A stretch of 64,000 nt of DNA, taken from NCBI RefSeq assembly GCF_004010195.1, contig NC_057719.1, positions 52,642,926 through 52,706,925 of the forward strand. Direction: 5' to 3'. Positions 38,620 to 52,194 of the stretch are shown piece by piece. Below the pieces are notes generated by a model. That model was given only the letters and a program-made list of their open reading frames with translations, was not told the DNA's origin and searched no databases. The DNA is from Chiloscyllium plagiosum. Taxonomy: Eukaryota. How positions within the stretch are numbered: the first letter of the stretch is position 1; every line of letters begins with the position of its first letter. The position numbers were made by a program, and so were the translations under genes.

Positions 38620-39298
38620 AGGCGAAAAGCAAAACCTGCACCCACACATCCCCCCTCACCACCATCCAAGGCCCCAAAGGAGCCTTCCACATCTATCAAA
38701 GTTTCACTTGCACTTCCACACATGTCATATACTGTATCCATTGCTCATGATCCGGTTTCCTCTGCACAGAGGAAACCAGATGCCTATTCACAAAGCGCTT
38801 CATCTCTGGGACACCCACACCAACAGCACCACCACCCTGTGGCCGAACACTTCAACTCCCCCTCCCACTCTGTCAAGAACATGCAGGTCCTGGGCCTCCT
38901 CCATCACCACTCTATAACCACCCGACGCCTGGAGGAAGAATGTTCTGCCTCGGGATCCTCCCGCCCCATGACATCAATGTGGATTTCACTAGTTTCCTCA
39001 TTTCCCCTCCCTCCACTTTTCCTAGATCCAACCTCCCAACTCGTCACTGCCCTCATGACCTGTCCTACCTGTCCATCTTCCTTCCCACTTTTCCACTCCA
39101 CCTTCCTCTCTGACCTATCACCATTATTCCTACCTCCATCTACCTATTGCATTCTCAGCTACCTTCCCCCGGTCCACCCCCCTCAGCCCCGCACCCCCCA
39201 ACCTCCCATTTATGTCTGCATTTGCCCGAAATGTCGATTCTCCTGCTCCTTGAATGCTGCCTGACCTGCTGCACTTTTCCAGCACTACACTCTCGACT
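38620..39298 (+). mobile_element. Penelope-like element 3' fragment (GIY-YIG endonuclease plus pLTR)
   Basis: FTCTSTHVIYCIHC..., PVAEHFNSPSHSVKNMQVLGL...RRLEEE; 15-bp TSD CTAATTCATTACCAT at 38605-38619 and 39299-39313. Confidence 0.88.
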
Positions 39299-40889
39299 CT
39301 AATTCATTACCATCACCACGACTTGTACTCACCCCAAATCATTCAAAATGTTTCAAAGTTATCAAGGCATTTTCAGGTTTAACTACTGCAAAATTAACCT
39401 TGCTGAACTTGATTTCAATCAAACTTTGCCGCTGGCATCATAACTGAGACTTTATCCCTTTCATCCTATCATTAATAAATCTCATTGTTTCCTGGTAAAT
39501 GGTACCCAAGATAAATAAGTCCACATGGTCAGCATCCCACTTACCATCTGAAACCTGATATATACACACTGTATGTATCATTACAAAATGCATTGCAATA
39601 CCTCACCAAAGATCCTTCAAAGACACCATCCAAAACCAAGGATGCCATCAAGGAGGACAAGGACAGCAGGGAAATGTATATAGCATCACGTGTAAGATCT
39701 CATCCAAGTCACACTTGTTAGGTTCAGGAAATTTCCGATCACACTTCCCTCACTAAATATATCCTACCAGTATGATTTCACATCCCTGGTACTTCCAGCT
39801 AATCTTGCAGTGTGTTTATGATAATACGCTACAATTGTTATTCGGAGTGCCTCAGCACATGCAGCACGCTCTTGAATTCGTTGACAGCTCACTAGAAGAT
39901 CCCAATAATAATGCAGCAGTCTCTGTAACTTGTCTTCAAAATCTGCTCAAAATTTAATTTTTTTGGCAATTCCTTAAGTCGCTTATAATAACCAATCAAA
40001 TTAATAACACAAAATGCATGATGGTTTCAGAAGTGGAAAAAATACAGTCTTGAAAAAGTTAGAAAGAATAGACAGAAAAAAATTAGAATTTGAAGTAATC
40101 TGCTGCACTTTTTGTGAGTCATTGCCCAAGTTAACTTTCACTCCCCATTTCCTCAATTACCTAAGATCAATTTGGATGATTTTACACTGACTTTAAACTA
40201 TGAAGCTGAAACTGCTTTGAAGTAGAGTGCATGGGATAACTGATCTTGTGGATTAGAAAGATTGCTTCACTGAAGATGTCAGCTGAGCTCCATTCTGTCT
40301 ATTTTGCAATTCTTGAAAAGACTGTACAGTTTATTCCACTTAAATAATTATCTGACACTTTATTATATTAGAGCAAAGAAATTGAAACCATTTTATGACA
40401 ATGTCTATTATGTTCATTCATGTTCACGTGGCTCTTTTAAACCTACAGTCATTTTCAATTAACATTGTTACTCATATTACCTCACGTACGTGCTATTCAA
40501 ACACAAACCGTTTCTTTCCTTCATAGCTAGCATGATCCATTTGACACATTGAATTCTATAAATTAGTTACACTTAAATTTCAGCAAGCGTGCTCTTTAAA
40601 AATTAGAATTATTAATCTTTGAAGAAGGCAACACAGAAGGATGTCATTTAGCCTGCTGTGCCAATTCTGGTTTCAGATAGAGCTATGCAATTAGTGCTCG
40701 ATCTTCTAGAAAGCCCTGTCACTTTCTCCCTTCAAATCCTTATCTGAACAGTGTATATTAATAAAGGAGCACATTGCCCATAGGTGACATGAGTGCAATT
40801 AATGATATCTCATATCATTGTTAAATATGCTGGATGGCATGCAGTCTAACATTAGTACTTGGACAATCAAGTGAATTCTAACCATTTTG

Positions 40890-41290
40890 GGGGATGTGAT
40901 GGCATAGTGGTAATGTCAGGTCTTTTCATCCAGAAGTCTAGGTTAATGTTTTAGGGAGATAGATTTGAATCCCAGCATGGCAGATGGTGAAATTTGAATT
41001 CAATAACATCTAATAGTGACCATTTAACCATTGTCATAAAACCTAATTGCCTCACTAAGGGAGGCAAATATGACACCAAGTCTAGACTACATGTGACTTC
41101 AGACCCACAGCAATGCAGTTGACTTATAAGTAACCACTCTTACATGATCTAGCAAGTCACTCCATTGCATTAAATTACTATGAAGTCTAACCAAAAGAAT
41201 GAAACCAGACAGACCACCTGCGATTAACTTACAGATCAGAGCTGACAATGGCAAATTCAGCCATGTCAACCCTGCAAAGTCCTAATTATC
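40890..41290 (+). mobile_element. tRNA-head SINE or LINE 5' remnant
   Basis: TGGCATAGTGGTAATGTC A-box, GATTTGAATCCC B-box-like motif; homologous to 31890-32260. Confidence 0.55.
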
Positions 41291-42080
41291 ACAGCAGACT
41301 GACAAAGTCTTTCTCACAGAATCATCTCTTTCATGCAATTAATCATCAACCAGTATTATCATCATCCTTGTGAATGTCCAATTTCAGACTTATCTATTCA
41401 CTTTATATCTGTAGCTCTTCAGCAATTGTTTGCTTCCATCACATACGTGAGCAATGAGACCCAGGTCATTACATTTACTGTGTAAAACATTTCTCTCTAA
41501 TTTCTTGCCCCAAATCCTTGACTCTGTGTTTTTGTGTGATATGTTACATATTTCCCTTGTCTTCCTTATCCAAACTTATCATAATCTTTCACACCTCTAT
41601 TAAATCTCTAACTTAATCTTGTGGCTAAATTCTCCCATGAAGGAACCATTCTGCCATTTTCAAGGATACACGCACAGACACTCTCAAATCCCTCTGTCCA
41701 TAAATAATCTTTAGAATTAAACCATGAAGTCGATATTGCCTTTTCCTGTCTTTTCTTCCAAATGCATCACCTCACTTGTACTATATTATATTTTTCTCTG
41801 TCATTGGTCTGTTTATTCTGCTAACTTGCTAACAATCAGGTTGCATTCTCCTCACTACTTACCACAACTCCTTGTTTGGCAAATTTTGAAATTTTACTCA
41901 AAAATCATCTCTTTCCATACCAAATAGTTCCTCATCTGTTTATTTAATTAATTAGATTCTGCATTAAAGAGAACCTGTGGCAACATATCATTTTAGTGAA
42001 TACTCTTTTGTAAACATCCTCCTTAGAGACCCCTGAATGATTATGATAGTTCCCACTGCTAACAATTTTCTCTTTTCCAT

Positions 42081-42297
42081 TAAAGATACCCAGCTGTATT
42101 GAAAACAAATGAATAAGGATTGAATGAACATTTTTGCAAAACATCATCACAACATCTTATAAGTTACAGGTTAAATTATGTCCCCAGATACCAAACTCCA
42201 ATCAAGTTTAAAGATACCCAGCTGTATTGAAAACAAATGAATAAGGATTGAATGAACATTTTTGCAAAACATCATCACAACATCTTATAAGTTACAG
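42081..42297. repeat. ~88-bp direct duplication with a 41-bp LTR-derived insert
   Basis: Copies at 42081-42169 and ~42210-42297; the insert at 42170-42210 is identical to 42659-42699. Confidence 0.92.
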
Positions 42298-42489
42298 TGA
42301 CTATCTGGCTGCCACAAAGAACTGTATTCATCAAATTTTCTGTCCTCTTAATATCATTTTTTTTATGAGGCTGCTGGACTTCCCAGGGAGTTGAACTGCA
42401 AAGAAATGTATGGGGATTGGCAGAAGACGTAGCTACAGAGACATGCCACATCAGAATATGTTGATGTCCTCCCTGATATTAGTAAAGAT

Positions 42490-43214
42490 TGTTCTAAAGG
42501 TGTAAGGGGGACTGTACCTTTAAGAGAGTTGAAAGCTAGCTCGGACTTGGAGAGGCACAGATAGTCCGGAACAAGGTAACAATGTAACACTTGGTCAGGA
42601 CAGTTAGCACTGGCTGTGTTGCTATGAGACAAAAGCAAATTAAAATTCAGCCAATCAGGTTAAATTATGTCCCCAGATACCAAACTCCAATCAAGTTTAA
42701 ATTTGGCATTTTGTCAATATTAAATCCAATGAAACAATCCAATATTTTGGGGGTATAGAATTGGAAACGTTGAACAGCTGGGGGGAGAACTGCCAAAAGA
42801 CTAATAGATGTCGGCTGCTAGTTGGAACTCGCTGTTAGAAAAGGGGTTTGTACAGAGAAAACCATCAACACTGACCTGGAGAGCAAATCTACAGAGGAGG
42901 ATACAAAGAGAAGATTTGACAGCTGGCTGGTTTTGAAATCCAAATTTTTCATAAATCTTAATCCAGAGGGTTTTATTGGACCAGTATTGTAGAAGGGAAA
43001 GTAAAACATTGGTTAAAGAAAAGAGTTGTAAATAGTTGTTAATTAATTATTCTCTGTTAGACTTTTTAAAATGTAGTTGTTAATTTTTACTTTAATTAGT
43101 GACTTTTTGGATAGTTCTTTGTCTCTGGAATTTTTACAGATTACTGTATGGGGTAAATCTTGTCTGTGTTTCTGATTTAAATTATCAGAGGGGGATTTAC
43201 CCCATGTCATAACA
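42490..43214 (+). repeat. 5' LTR of Gmr1-like element 2
   Basis: TGTT...CATAACA; repeat of 48121-48826. Confidence 0.9.
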
Positions 43215-43217
43215 GGT

Positions 43218-43241
43218 TGGGGGCTCGTCTAGGATTTGAAC
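43218..43241 (+). promoter_or_regulatory. Primer binding site complementary to the tRNA-Pro 3' end
   Basis: Matches TGGGGGCTCGTCCGGGATTTGAAC with two substitutions at a CpG. Confidence 0.85.
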
Positions 43242-46200
43242 AAGTTTAGACAGATTTGAATATATTTGAGGTACGAAAAAGCCTAGCAGATTTAAACATT
43301 TGCAGGTTAGTGTCCTGGATCCTTAAATAAAGTGTGGGTGAGGCAATTTGTTTAATTTCCGTGATTGTAGTTGATTAAATTAAAAGTGGGAGAAATGGTT
43401 CTTAAAATTGCGAAAGAGGTTCTTAGATTTGAAGATGATTTTCAAATTTGCCAAGAAAGTTTAGAAGGCAAGAAAAAGGCCATACTCTTAGGATTAGCAA
43501 AGACGTTGGATTTGGGTTTAACCAAGGACAAAAGTAAAGCTGAAATTTAAGGGAGTTACTCAAATGCTTAGGTGTGTCAAAGAAACAGGCAAATGCAGTA
43601 GAGGTAGAAAAACTTAAATTACAATTGAGGAAAATGGAGTTAGAAAATAAACAAAGAGAGAGGAAAGAGAGAGGGTGAGAGAAAGAGAGAGAGGAGAGAG
43701 ACAGAGAAGAAGGGGGGAAGGTTCTTAGCTGAGCAAAGAGAGAGAGAGATTAAAGGGAGAGAGAAAGAGAGGGAGTATTTGAATTTGAGAAGCTGCAACT
43801 TAGTCAGCAAAGTCAGGTTAACAGGATGGAGATTAAAAGAAAAGGTAGTCATATAAAAAAAATGTCAAAACTCTCCCACATTTTGATGAAAAAAATGTTG
43901 AAGCCTTCTTTATTTCATTTGAAAAATTGGCAAGGCAGATGGAGTAGTCTGAGGATTTATGAGTAATGCTAGTTCAGGCTAAACTGATAAGCAGAGCTAG
44001 TGAGGTATTTGCTGCACTGTCAAGAGATTATGCAGAGGTCAAACAGACTATTTTAAGTGCTTATGAATTGATAGCAGAAGCATATCTGAACCAGAAGCAG
44101 TTCAGAAACATAAATAAGGGACCAGGTCAGACAAATGTTAACTTTGAAAGAATTAAACATAGTCATTTTGATGGGTGGGTGCATGCTTTAAAGATAGATG
44201 GGACCTTTGAAGCTCAAAAAGAGATTATTCTGCTGGAGAAGTTTAAAAAACTCACTCCCAGAGATGGTACAAATTCATGTGGAGGAACAGAAATTTCAGG
44301 ACGTGAGAAGGGCAGCAGAATTAGCAGATGAGTACATGTTGGTGCATAAAACAAGCTTCTGGCCAGAATTTTGTCCTGTGAAGGATAGAAATTGGGAGAA
44401 GGGGAGATACTGCACAATGAAACCAAGAGTAGAGAACACTGATAAGAGTTTGCCACTGGTTGAAAAAGAAGCCCAAGAGGGTGAAAAGGAAACGGAAAGG
44501 CCTCAGGTGTTTCCACTGTGGTAAAGTGGGACACGTAAAGTCACAGTGCTGGCCATTAATGAAAGGCACTGTTGGAAAAGATGTGGTATAAGAGGCTAAG
44601 CCAGTGGCATTAGTGAAAGTAGTAAAAGAGATCCCAAGAAGAGCCGAGGAGCTGCAGGAGAATGCAGAGCCTAGGCAGGGGCTGGGTGCGGTGTTAATAT
44701 AACTGATCTCTGTAAAGAATTTGTCTCTGTGCATAAAGTTTATTCAGAAAAAACAGGGGGAGAAGGACAAGAATTTATAATTCTGAGAGATACAGGATAT
44801 AACTAGTCAGTGATAGTAGGAGATAAACAAATATTCACTTTATCTGATCTTTTATCCAAGAGTGTGGTAATTTGTGGGATAGATGGACAGAAATGTAATG
44901 TTCTCCTGTGTAAGATCAGGTTGAAGTGCCAACTCAAGACTGGGAAAGTTACATGGGAGTTATTGACAGAGTGTCAGTTCCTGGAATTCAGTTTGTTCTT
45001 GGGAATGATTTAGCAGGGTCCAAAGTGGGAGTGACACTGCTAGTTGTGGAGAAGCTCAAGGAAGACCAAGAAACTGAGGAGTTGAAACAGAAATATCCTG
45101 GTATTTTCACAGACTGTGTAGTAATCAGATGCCACTATCATAAGTCACAACATTAAGCAAAAACTAAAGAGAAAGGTGAATGAGTTGAGGTTCAGTTAGT
45201 AGACACTCTGTTTGACGTAATGGTGCAGGAACAACCTGAACAGGCAGAGGGTTAGATAGCAGTGTTTAGTCCGAAAAAGCGAAGGGACTTGCATCAGTAA
45301 GACAAAATGATAAAAGATATATATGTGGATGCGAACTCTGAAAAGGGAGGAGGGTTATTATCTAAAAAATAGAACCCTAAGATGGAAATGGAGGCCACAG
45401 CAGGTTAATGCAGAGAATAAATGGGCTGAAGTGCACTAGATTATGTTGCCAGTAGCATACAGATAGGAAGTGTTACAGATAGCACATGAACTACCAGTAG
45501 GAGGTCACCTAGGGGTACAAAAGTCTCAGGCTAAGGTACAAAAACATTTTTGTTAGCCTGGAATGCACAAGGATGTTAACCTTTGCCGTATGTGTCATAC
45601 ATGACAAATGGTAGGTAAGCCAAAGGTGATAATAAAGCCAGCACCTTTGTTGCTAATTCCTGCATTTGAAGAACTTTCACACAGGTTATAATTGATTGTG
45701 TAGGTCCCCTCTTGAGAACTAAAAGTGGAAACCAGTACTTGTTAACCATAATGGATATGTCTGTTAGATCTCTGGAGGCAATTCCATTATGGAGTATCAA
45801 GGCAAAAAAAGGTGGTAGAAAAGTTAGTAGCTTTCTTCACACAATTTGGGCTACCCAGAGAGATTCAGTTGGGTCAAGAGTCAAATTTTACTGCTTGGCT
45901 GTTTAAGGAGGTTCTGGATAGCTTGGGTATACAGCACTTTAAATCCAGTGTATATCATCCTGAATCCCAGGGAGCTGGATTTAAAGAAGGGAAAGTGGCA
46001 TAAGACCTTGAAGACCATGGTGAGAGCACACTGACAGAATTACCCGAATAATTAGGACAAAGCTATCCCATTCATATTCTTTGCCATTAGAGATGCCCCA
46101 AACAAATCTACTCAGTTCATTCCCTTTGAGTTAATATTCAAGCAGGAAGTGAGAGGCCCTTTAAAATTAATTAAAGAACAATTGACAGGACCAAAGTTGG

Positions 46201-48120
46201 AGATTTTGCACTTACATTATATATCAGAGGTGAGGGAGAGACTAAATCGAGTAGTTGAATTAGCTTAACAGCACCTAAAGAGGAAACAATATAGAATGAA
46301 GAAGGTGGCAGATAAAAGCTTTGAGACTTGGACATTTTCCAGAGGGGATGATGTATTAGTACTGTTACCAATGATAGGAGATCCCTTCAAAGCAAGATTA
46401 AGTGATCCCTATCAAATTGTGAAAGAATTGAGTCAGGTGAATTATGTAGTAAAGATGCCAGATAGAAAAAAAGGTGTCGAGTATGTTACATGAACATGAT
46501 GAAACCGTATTATAATAGAGAGAAAGAACTGGACAAACAGGTGTTAGTTACTGCCCTGCAGAGTGAGGAATCAAATCCAGATGATGTGGATTTTGATGTG
46601 CCTCAAAATAGATTTAAAAATGAAGAAATCCTTGAGGGGTGGGAGAGGTGAGTAAACTATCTGTTTCACAAGCATAGAACTCAGTTGAAAGATTTGTTAC
46701 TGCAGTATAAGGACATATGTAAGAAAGACGGGGAGGACTAATGCTATTGTATATGAAGTAGACAGAGGGAATACTGCTCCAATAAAACAACACCACTATC
46801 AGCTTAATCCTTTCAAAGCCAGACAGGTCCAGATGGTGGAGGCCATACTCGACAAGAACATCATCAAACAAACCAGACCGAGTGGAGTTCGCTAATCATC
46901 TTAGTTCCCAAACTGGATGGGACTCAACGATTCTATGTGGATTACCGGAATGTCAATGTCTTTACAATATCAGACTCATACCCAACTCCTTGATTGGAGG
47001 ATTTAATCAAGAAAGTCAGACAAGCCAGTCAGGTACCTTTATCAGAGAGAAAGAAATTTCTGCATTTGTAACCCCAAATGGGCAATATCAGTTTTAAATT
47101 TGGAATGAAGGACACACCTGCCACATTCCAAAGACTTTTGAACAGAGTTATGGCTGGGTTAAAAAACTGTGCAGTCTATTTGGATGATTTAGTGATCTTT
47201 AGTAAGTCCTGGAAAGATCACATGGAACAGTTGACAGAGCTCTTTGAATGATTATGAGAAGCAAAACTGGTAATAAACTTAAACAAAACTGAATTCGCGA
47301 AAGCAGAGGTGACGTTCTTGGGACATAACATTGGTCATGGAAGATTGACCCCATGGAATGCAAAGACAAAGGCCATCGAGGAACTTCCACAATTAACCTT
47401 GAAGAAAGAGGTGCTTTGATTTTTAGGACTCAGCGGATTCCGTTGGAAGTTTGTTCCAAACTTCAGCAGTGTAGTGGCACCATTCACTGATTTGCTGAAG
47501 AAGAACACAAAGTTTCGGTGGACAGAACAGTGCCAGGAGGCATTCAACCATTTGAAATCAATATTAACCACCAAACCAGTTTTAGCTACACCAAACTTTT
47601 CAAAACCTTTTCAAGGTGCCATCGAAGCGAATGACATAGGTGTTGGAGCTATACTACTACAGGAAGGTGAGGACTGTTAATTGGTTACATTTCAAAGAAA
47701 CTCAACATCCAGCAGAGGAAATACTCCACGATGGAAAAAGAATACTATTGAGTTTGGTACTGACCTTACAACATTTTAATGTGTATGTCATGAACAATGT
47801 GTCAGAGATGATGGTGTACACAGATCTCTTACATTCCTCGAATGCTTTAAAGACAAGAATATGAATCTATTTCATTGGAGTCTTATGTTATAGACTTTTA
47901 ATTTAAAAATCGTACATATTGCGGGTTGTAAGAATGTAATCGCAGATGCGTTATCGCACATTTAACTGATAAAGTTTAGAGGCAATTTGTATTTATCCAG
48001 AAGTTAAGGTGAATTCAGATTAAAGTTATCTGTATGGTTATGGTAATGTGTTTGAAGAACAGAGGAAAAAAATGAAGCCATCTTTTCATTACGATGGTTC
48101 ATTTTTTTTAAAGGGTGGGG

Positions 48121-48826
48121 TGTTATGAAGGTGTAAGGCATTCTGAACCTTTAAGAGAGTTGGAAGCTAACAAGGACTGAGAGAGGCACAGAGAGTCTGG
48201 ATCAAGGCAACAATGTAATGCTTTGTCAGAATGACTAGCTCCGGCTGGGTTGCTATGAGACAAATTAAAATTCAGCCAATCAGGTTAAATTATGCCCCAA
48301 GACACCAAACTCCAATTGAATTTGAATTTGGTATTTTGACAATATTAAAACCAATGAAACAATCCGATGCTTTGGGTACAAAACCATTAAAAAATTGAAC
48401 AATTTGGGGACAACTGCTAAAGACCATCTGATGTAGGCTGCTAGTAAGACCTCGCTGAGAGGTACCTGTCTAGAGAAGGAGTTTGCACAGAGAAAAACAT
48501 CGACCTGATGTGCAAATCTACAGCGGAAGATAAAAAGAGAAGGTTTGACAGCTAGCTGGTTTCTAAATTTGAACTTTTCGTATTTATTGGCCCAGTGTTG
48601 TAGAAGGGAAAGCAAAAGATAGATTCGAGAAAGGAGTTGTAAATAGTTGATAGTTATTATTCTCTGTTAGACTTTAAAAAAATAGCATTGTTAATTTTTA
48701 CTTTAAATAATGGCTTTTGGGATTATTCTTTGTCTCTGGAATTACCACAGATTACCACACAGGGTAAATCTTTTCTGCGTTGCTGTTTCAAATTAGCAGG
48801 AAGGGGATTTACCCCATGCTATAACA
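48121..48826 (+). repeat. 3' LTR of Gmr1-like element 2
   Basis: TGTTATGA...ATAACA, directly after the polypurine tract. Confidence 0.9.
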
Positions 48827-49639
48827 AAGAAAACTCTGCCAAACCATGGGTTGGAATCTAAAACAATTTTTCAGACTGGCAATGAAGAGACGTTGTTGAA
48901 TCCAGTAATCTGTGGTGAAGTCTCATTTGAATATTTTCCCACAAACCACAAATGCACATGTGAATGATAGGTGACACATCACCGATACTGCAGAATCAAA
49001 ATAAATTGAATATGAGTAAGGATGTATTTATGCATATCCTTTATTCATTTTCTCTCTGCCTCCAACCATTTCTGCTGGTATATTTCCAGAATACAAACAG
49101 AGGTTAAAACTTGGGTGTTGTTGATCACTATCTCCCACACATGTCCGTGTTGAGGCAGCCAACCGGGAAACTTCATACCTTTATCTGCCTTCCATATTCT
49201 TCCTCCATCTGGATCTTACCTCTGGCCTCTCAATCTCTCTAAATCTTTTCATTGCAAATATCAGCATGATATTGGGCTACTCATTTTCCCTGCTTCTCTC
49301 TCTCACTCCATCTGTTGTGCCTTGATTTGATCCTCTTCACACTCCCAGATCCAATTTTAATGTTGTTATCAAACCTGCTGTCAAGGGTTGCATTGATATT
49401 GTCTGGTACTTGTCTACCTTTCAGAGACTGAATACCAACCCTCTGATGCTTTCTCTGATGTTCCCTTGGAGGATGACTGCACGATCAAACCATTACATCC
49501 AGGGCTGTCACTAATCTCATCTCCTTTGGAGATCTTCCATCCACCTTATTTTACAAGCACGTGCAATATAGATTCCTCTCTATCAATTTTGCTTCAAATC
49601 AAGATCTTTCACTCGATGAGAAGGTAGTGACTCTTTTAA

Positions 49640-50040
49640 ATTCGCTGAAGGAATGCACACTTTGGTAGATAAGCCCACATTTGTTGTCCAAACCTAATTG
49701 CCCTGGAGAAAGTGCTAGTGAGCAATCCTCTTGAACTGCAACAGTCATTGGATTGTTCGAACAGCGACAGTGGTGTTCGTGAGTTTCAGGATTCTGAGTG
49801 ACAATGAAAGAAGAGTGGTATAGTTCCAACTGAGAAAGTTGTGCAATTTGGAGAGGAAATTGCAGGTTGTGATGTTTCCATGCATTGGTTACACTTGTCT
49901 TTTTCATTGGTAGAGGTAGTGGGTTTGGAAGGTACAGTTGAAGGAGCCTTAGTGAGTTAACTGCAGACTATCATATAGATTGTGCACACACTGCTATGCA
50001 GTGGTTGAAAGTTGTGGTTGGTGTACCAACCAAAGTCTGG
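49640..50040 (-). mobile_element. L2/CR1-group LINE 3' remnant
   Basis: CCTAATTGCCCTGGAGAA tail; body shared with 58270-59760. Confidence 0.55.
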
Positions 50041-50047
50041 TTGGAGT

Positions 50048-50465
50048 TCATAGAATCACAGAATTTTTCTGTTGCAGAAGGAGACTATTCGGCCCATTGA
50101 CCCTGTACTGTAACAATCTCCTGCCTTGTCTCCAAATCCCTGCATACCACTTCAGTCCAAATCACCATCTAATGCCCTCTTGAAAACCTCAATTGAATCT
50201 ATCCCCACCATATTTCCAGATGGGGCATTCCATACTTTAACTAGTCACTACAAGAAAAACGTTCTTTTTTCCTCACATCACAGTTGCTTCTTTCGAACAT
50301 CACTTTAATCTATGCCCTCATGATCTTCTTTCTTTTGAGTAGGAACAGGTTTCTCCCTATCTACACTATCCAGACCACTTACAATTTTAAAAACCTCTAT
50401 TGAATCTCCAATTAACCTTCTTCTGTCCAAGGAGAACCATCCCAGTTACCTCAATCTGTCCAAAA
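50048..50465 (-). mobile_element. Old CR1 3' remnant
   Basis: CATAGAATCACAGAAT tail, TTCGGCCCAT motif, CR1 C-terminal antisense pattern. Confidence 0.6.
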
Positions 50466-50497
50466 ACCTACACATTCATATAAGTGATTTCCATCAC

Positions 50498-50749
50498 ATA
50501 GAGTCATAGAGATGTACAGCATGGAAACAGACCCTTCGGTCCAACCCATCCATGCCGACCAGATATTCCAATTCAATCTAGTCCCACCTTTCAGTATCTG
50601 GCCCATATCCCTTCAAATCCTTCCTATTCATATACCCATCCAAATGCCTCTTAAATGTTGCAATTGTACAGCCTCCACCACTTCCTCTGGCAGCTCATTC
50701 CATACACGTACCACCCTCTGTGTGAAAACGTTGCCCCTTAGGTCTCTTA
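50498..50749 (-). mobile_element. Young CR1/HER1 3' end with TSD
   Basis: Closely similar to 8132-8390; TTCCATCAC at 50489-50497 and 50750-50758. Confidence 0.88.
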
Positions 50750-51230
50750 TTCCATCACTTTCATAACTTGTGAATTGCAGAAGGAAAGTACTGTCAGAAA
50801 TTGTTGCTTCCTTTGGTTTCAGATATTAGTTGAAGGTCTTATTGTTGGTATTTGCATTTAATCTAAAAATAGTTAAGTTGCATTCAAGTTTCGGGCATTG
50901 GGCCTTATTTTAGCATCTTTGCTCTCTCTTGCTGCATGACTTGCTTTGAGAATTCTAAGGTAGGGATTTATGTTATTTGTAAGACCTCATACTTTAAGCA
51001 CAGTCGAACTTACATTTTCGAGGATGAAGATGATGAGATAGATAACTCTCCAACCCCTATATCTCTTTGTTAAAATGCATGATAAATTAACAATCTACCA
51101 TTGATAATTAATTGTTTTGTCTGTTTTGGCGTATATAAGGAAGCAAATGTTGTGAGATTAAAAGTGCATTACAAAAATTGCTTTGAGCTTTTGAAAAGTA
51201 CTGCTTTTTTCACATTATCAATATAATGGT

Positions 51231-51457
51231 TGTAACCAGTCTGCCAGGTGGACCTGAAGGTATATAAGTTTCTTGATTGGGGCTGTGAATCTGGTCCATT
51301 TAGGGAGCCCTGGCTGACAGATAGAAACAGCCAGGTTCTTTTTCAGTCAAAGGTTCTTTTCAGTCTGAAGCTGGCTCTGGACCAGTGTCAAATACTAAGC
51401 ACATGTAAGTAAGGGGTAACTTGGTGATGGAATACTGACCTCTGTGAAATTATTTCA
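51231..51457 (+). mobile_element. Probable short solo LTR
   Basis: TGTAA...TATTTCA termini; its 3' part resembles the minus-strand fragment at ~60430-60535. Confidence 0.5.
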
Positions 51458-52194
51458 ATGTATATGCTAGAATTTCCATTATGAGCATTTAACACACTTT
51501 TCTTATGGAAATACCTGTGTAACTTCAGGACTACAGACCTCAGCACATTACTAATTTAGATTTAGCATTGGCTGCAGCATGTAAACTTAGATGGATTTAG
51601 ACATGTTTGGAAGCTAGTCACCTGTAGTGACCTATGGCTATTAGTTTTGGAATTGCAGTTCTTTACTACTCCTATTAATTATTTGCATAAAAGTTTTGGG
51701 TACAATCTGCAAAAATTGTAGTTAAACGTTTGCAAGTGTTAGACGTATAGACAAAGCTCGTCTCTTTCAGGATACAATCAATGGGCTAGGATATTGGGGT
51801 CAGGATTGGCACATGATGTATAGCTTAGATATATAGACAGGGACACTATGCAACAATTAGCATCCTTCAAGGAAAAGCATCAATAAAAGTAGATAAATAA
51901 AAATGAGTGGAGCAGTCTGGTTCATTATTTCAAAGGTTAAAAGTGTGCAATTTGATACTTTATTATTTTGCTTGTAATAAAAATATAGGGAAGTGAATGC
52001 TGTGATGATATACAGTACATTACAAAAATTCTCTTACACATTTTAAAAGCACTATCATTTTTTTAATCACATTGTGTACAGAGTAGAATTTCCAAAATGA
52101 ACTTCAATTAATAATTTTTGTGAGAAATGTGAGCAGTACTGTGAAACAATATTTACAAAACTGGCATCTTGATGTTCATAGGACAATTTGCGAA

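Larger units (their letters stand above)
42490..48826 (+). mobile_element. Full-length decayed Gmr1-like Gypsy LTR retrotransposon (gag-PR-INT-RT-RH)
   Basis: LTRs 42490-43214 and 48121-48826, PBS TGGGGGCTCGTCTAGGATTTGAAC (43218-43241), gag ATG 43395, CCHC 44508-44549, PR ILRDTG ~44780-44797, INT ~45440-46500, RT with YLDD 47177-47188, RH ~47590-47965, PPT 48110-48120. Confidence 0.95.

Noticed and set aside
38554..39264. 236-aa ORF as a host gene
   Set aside because: It is a frameshifted Penelope GIY-YIG/pLTR fragment bounded by a TSD.
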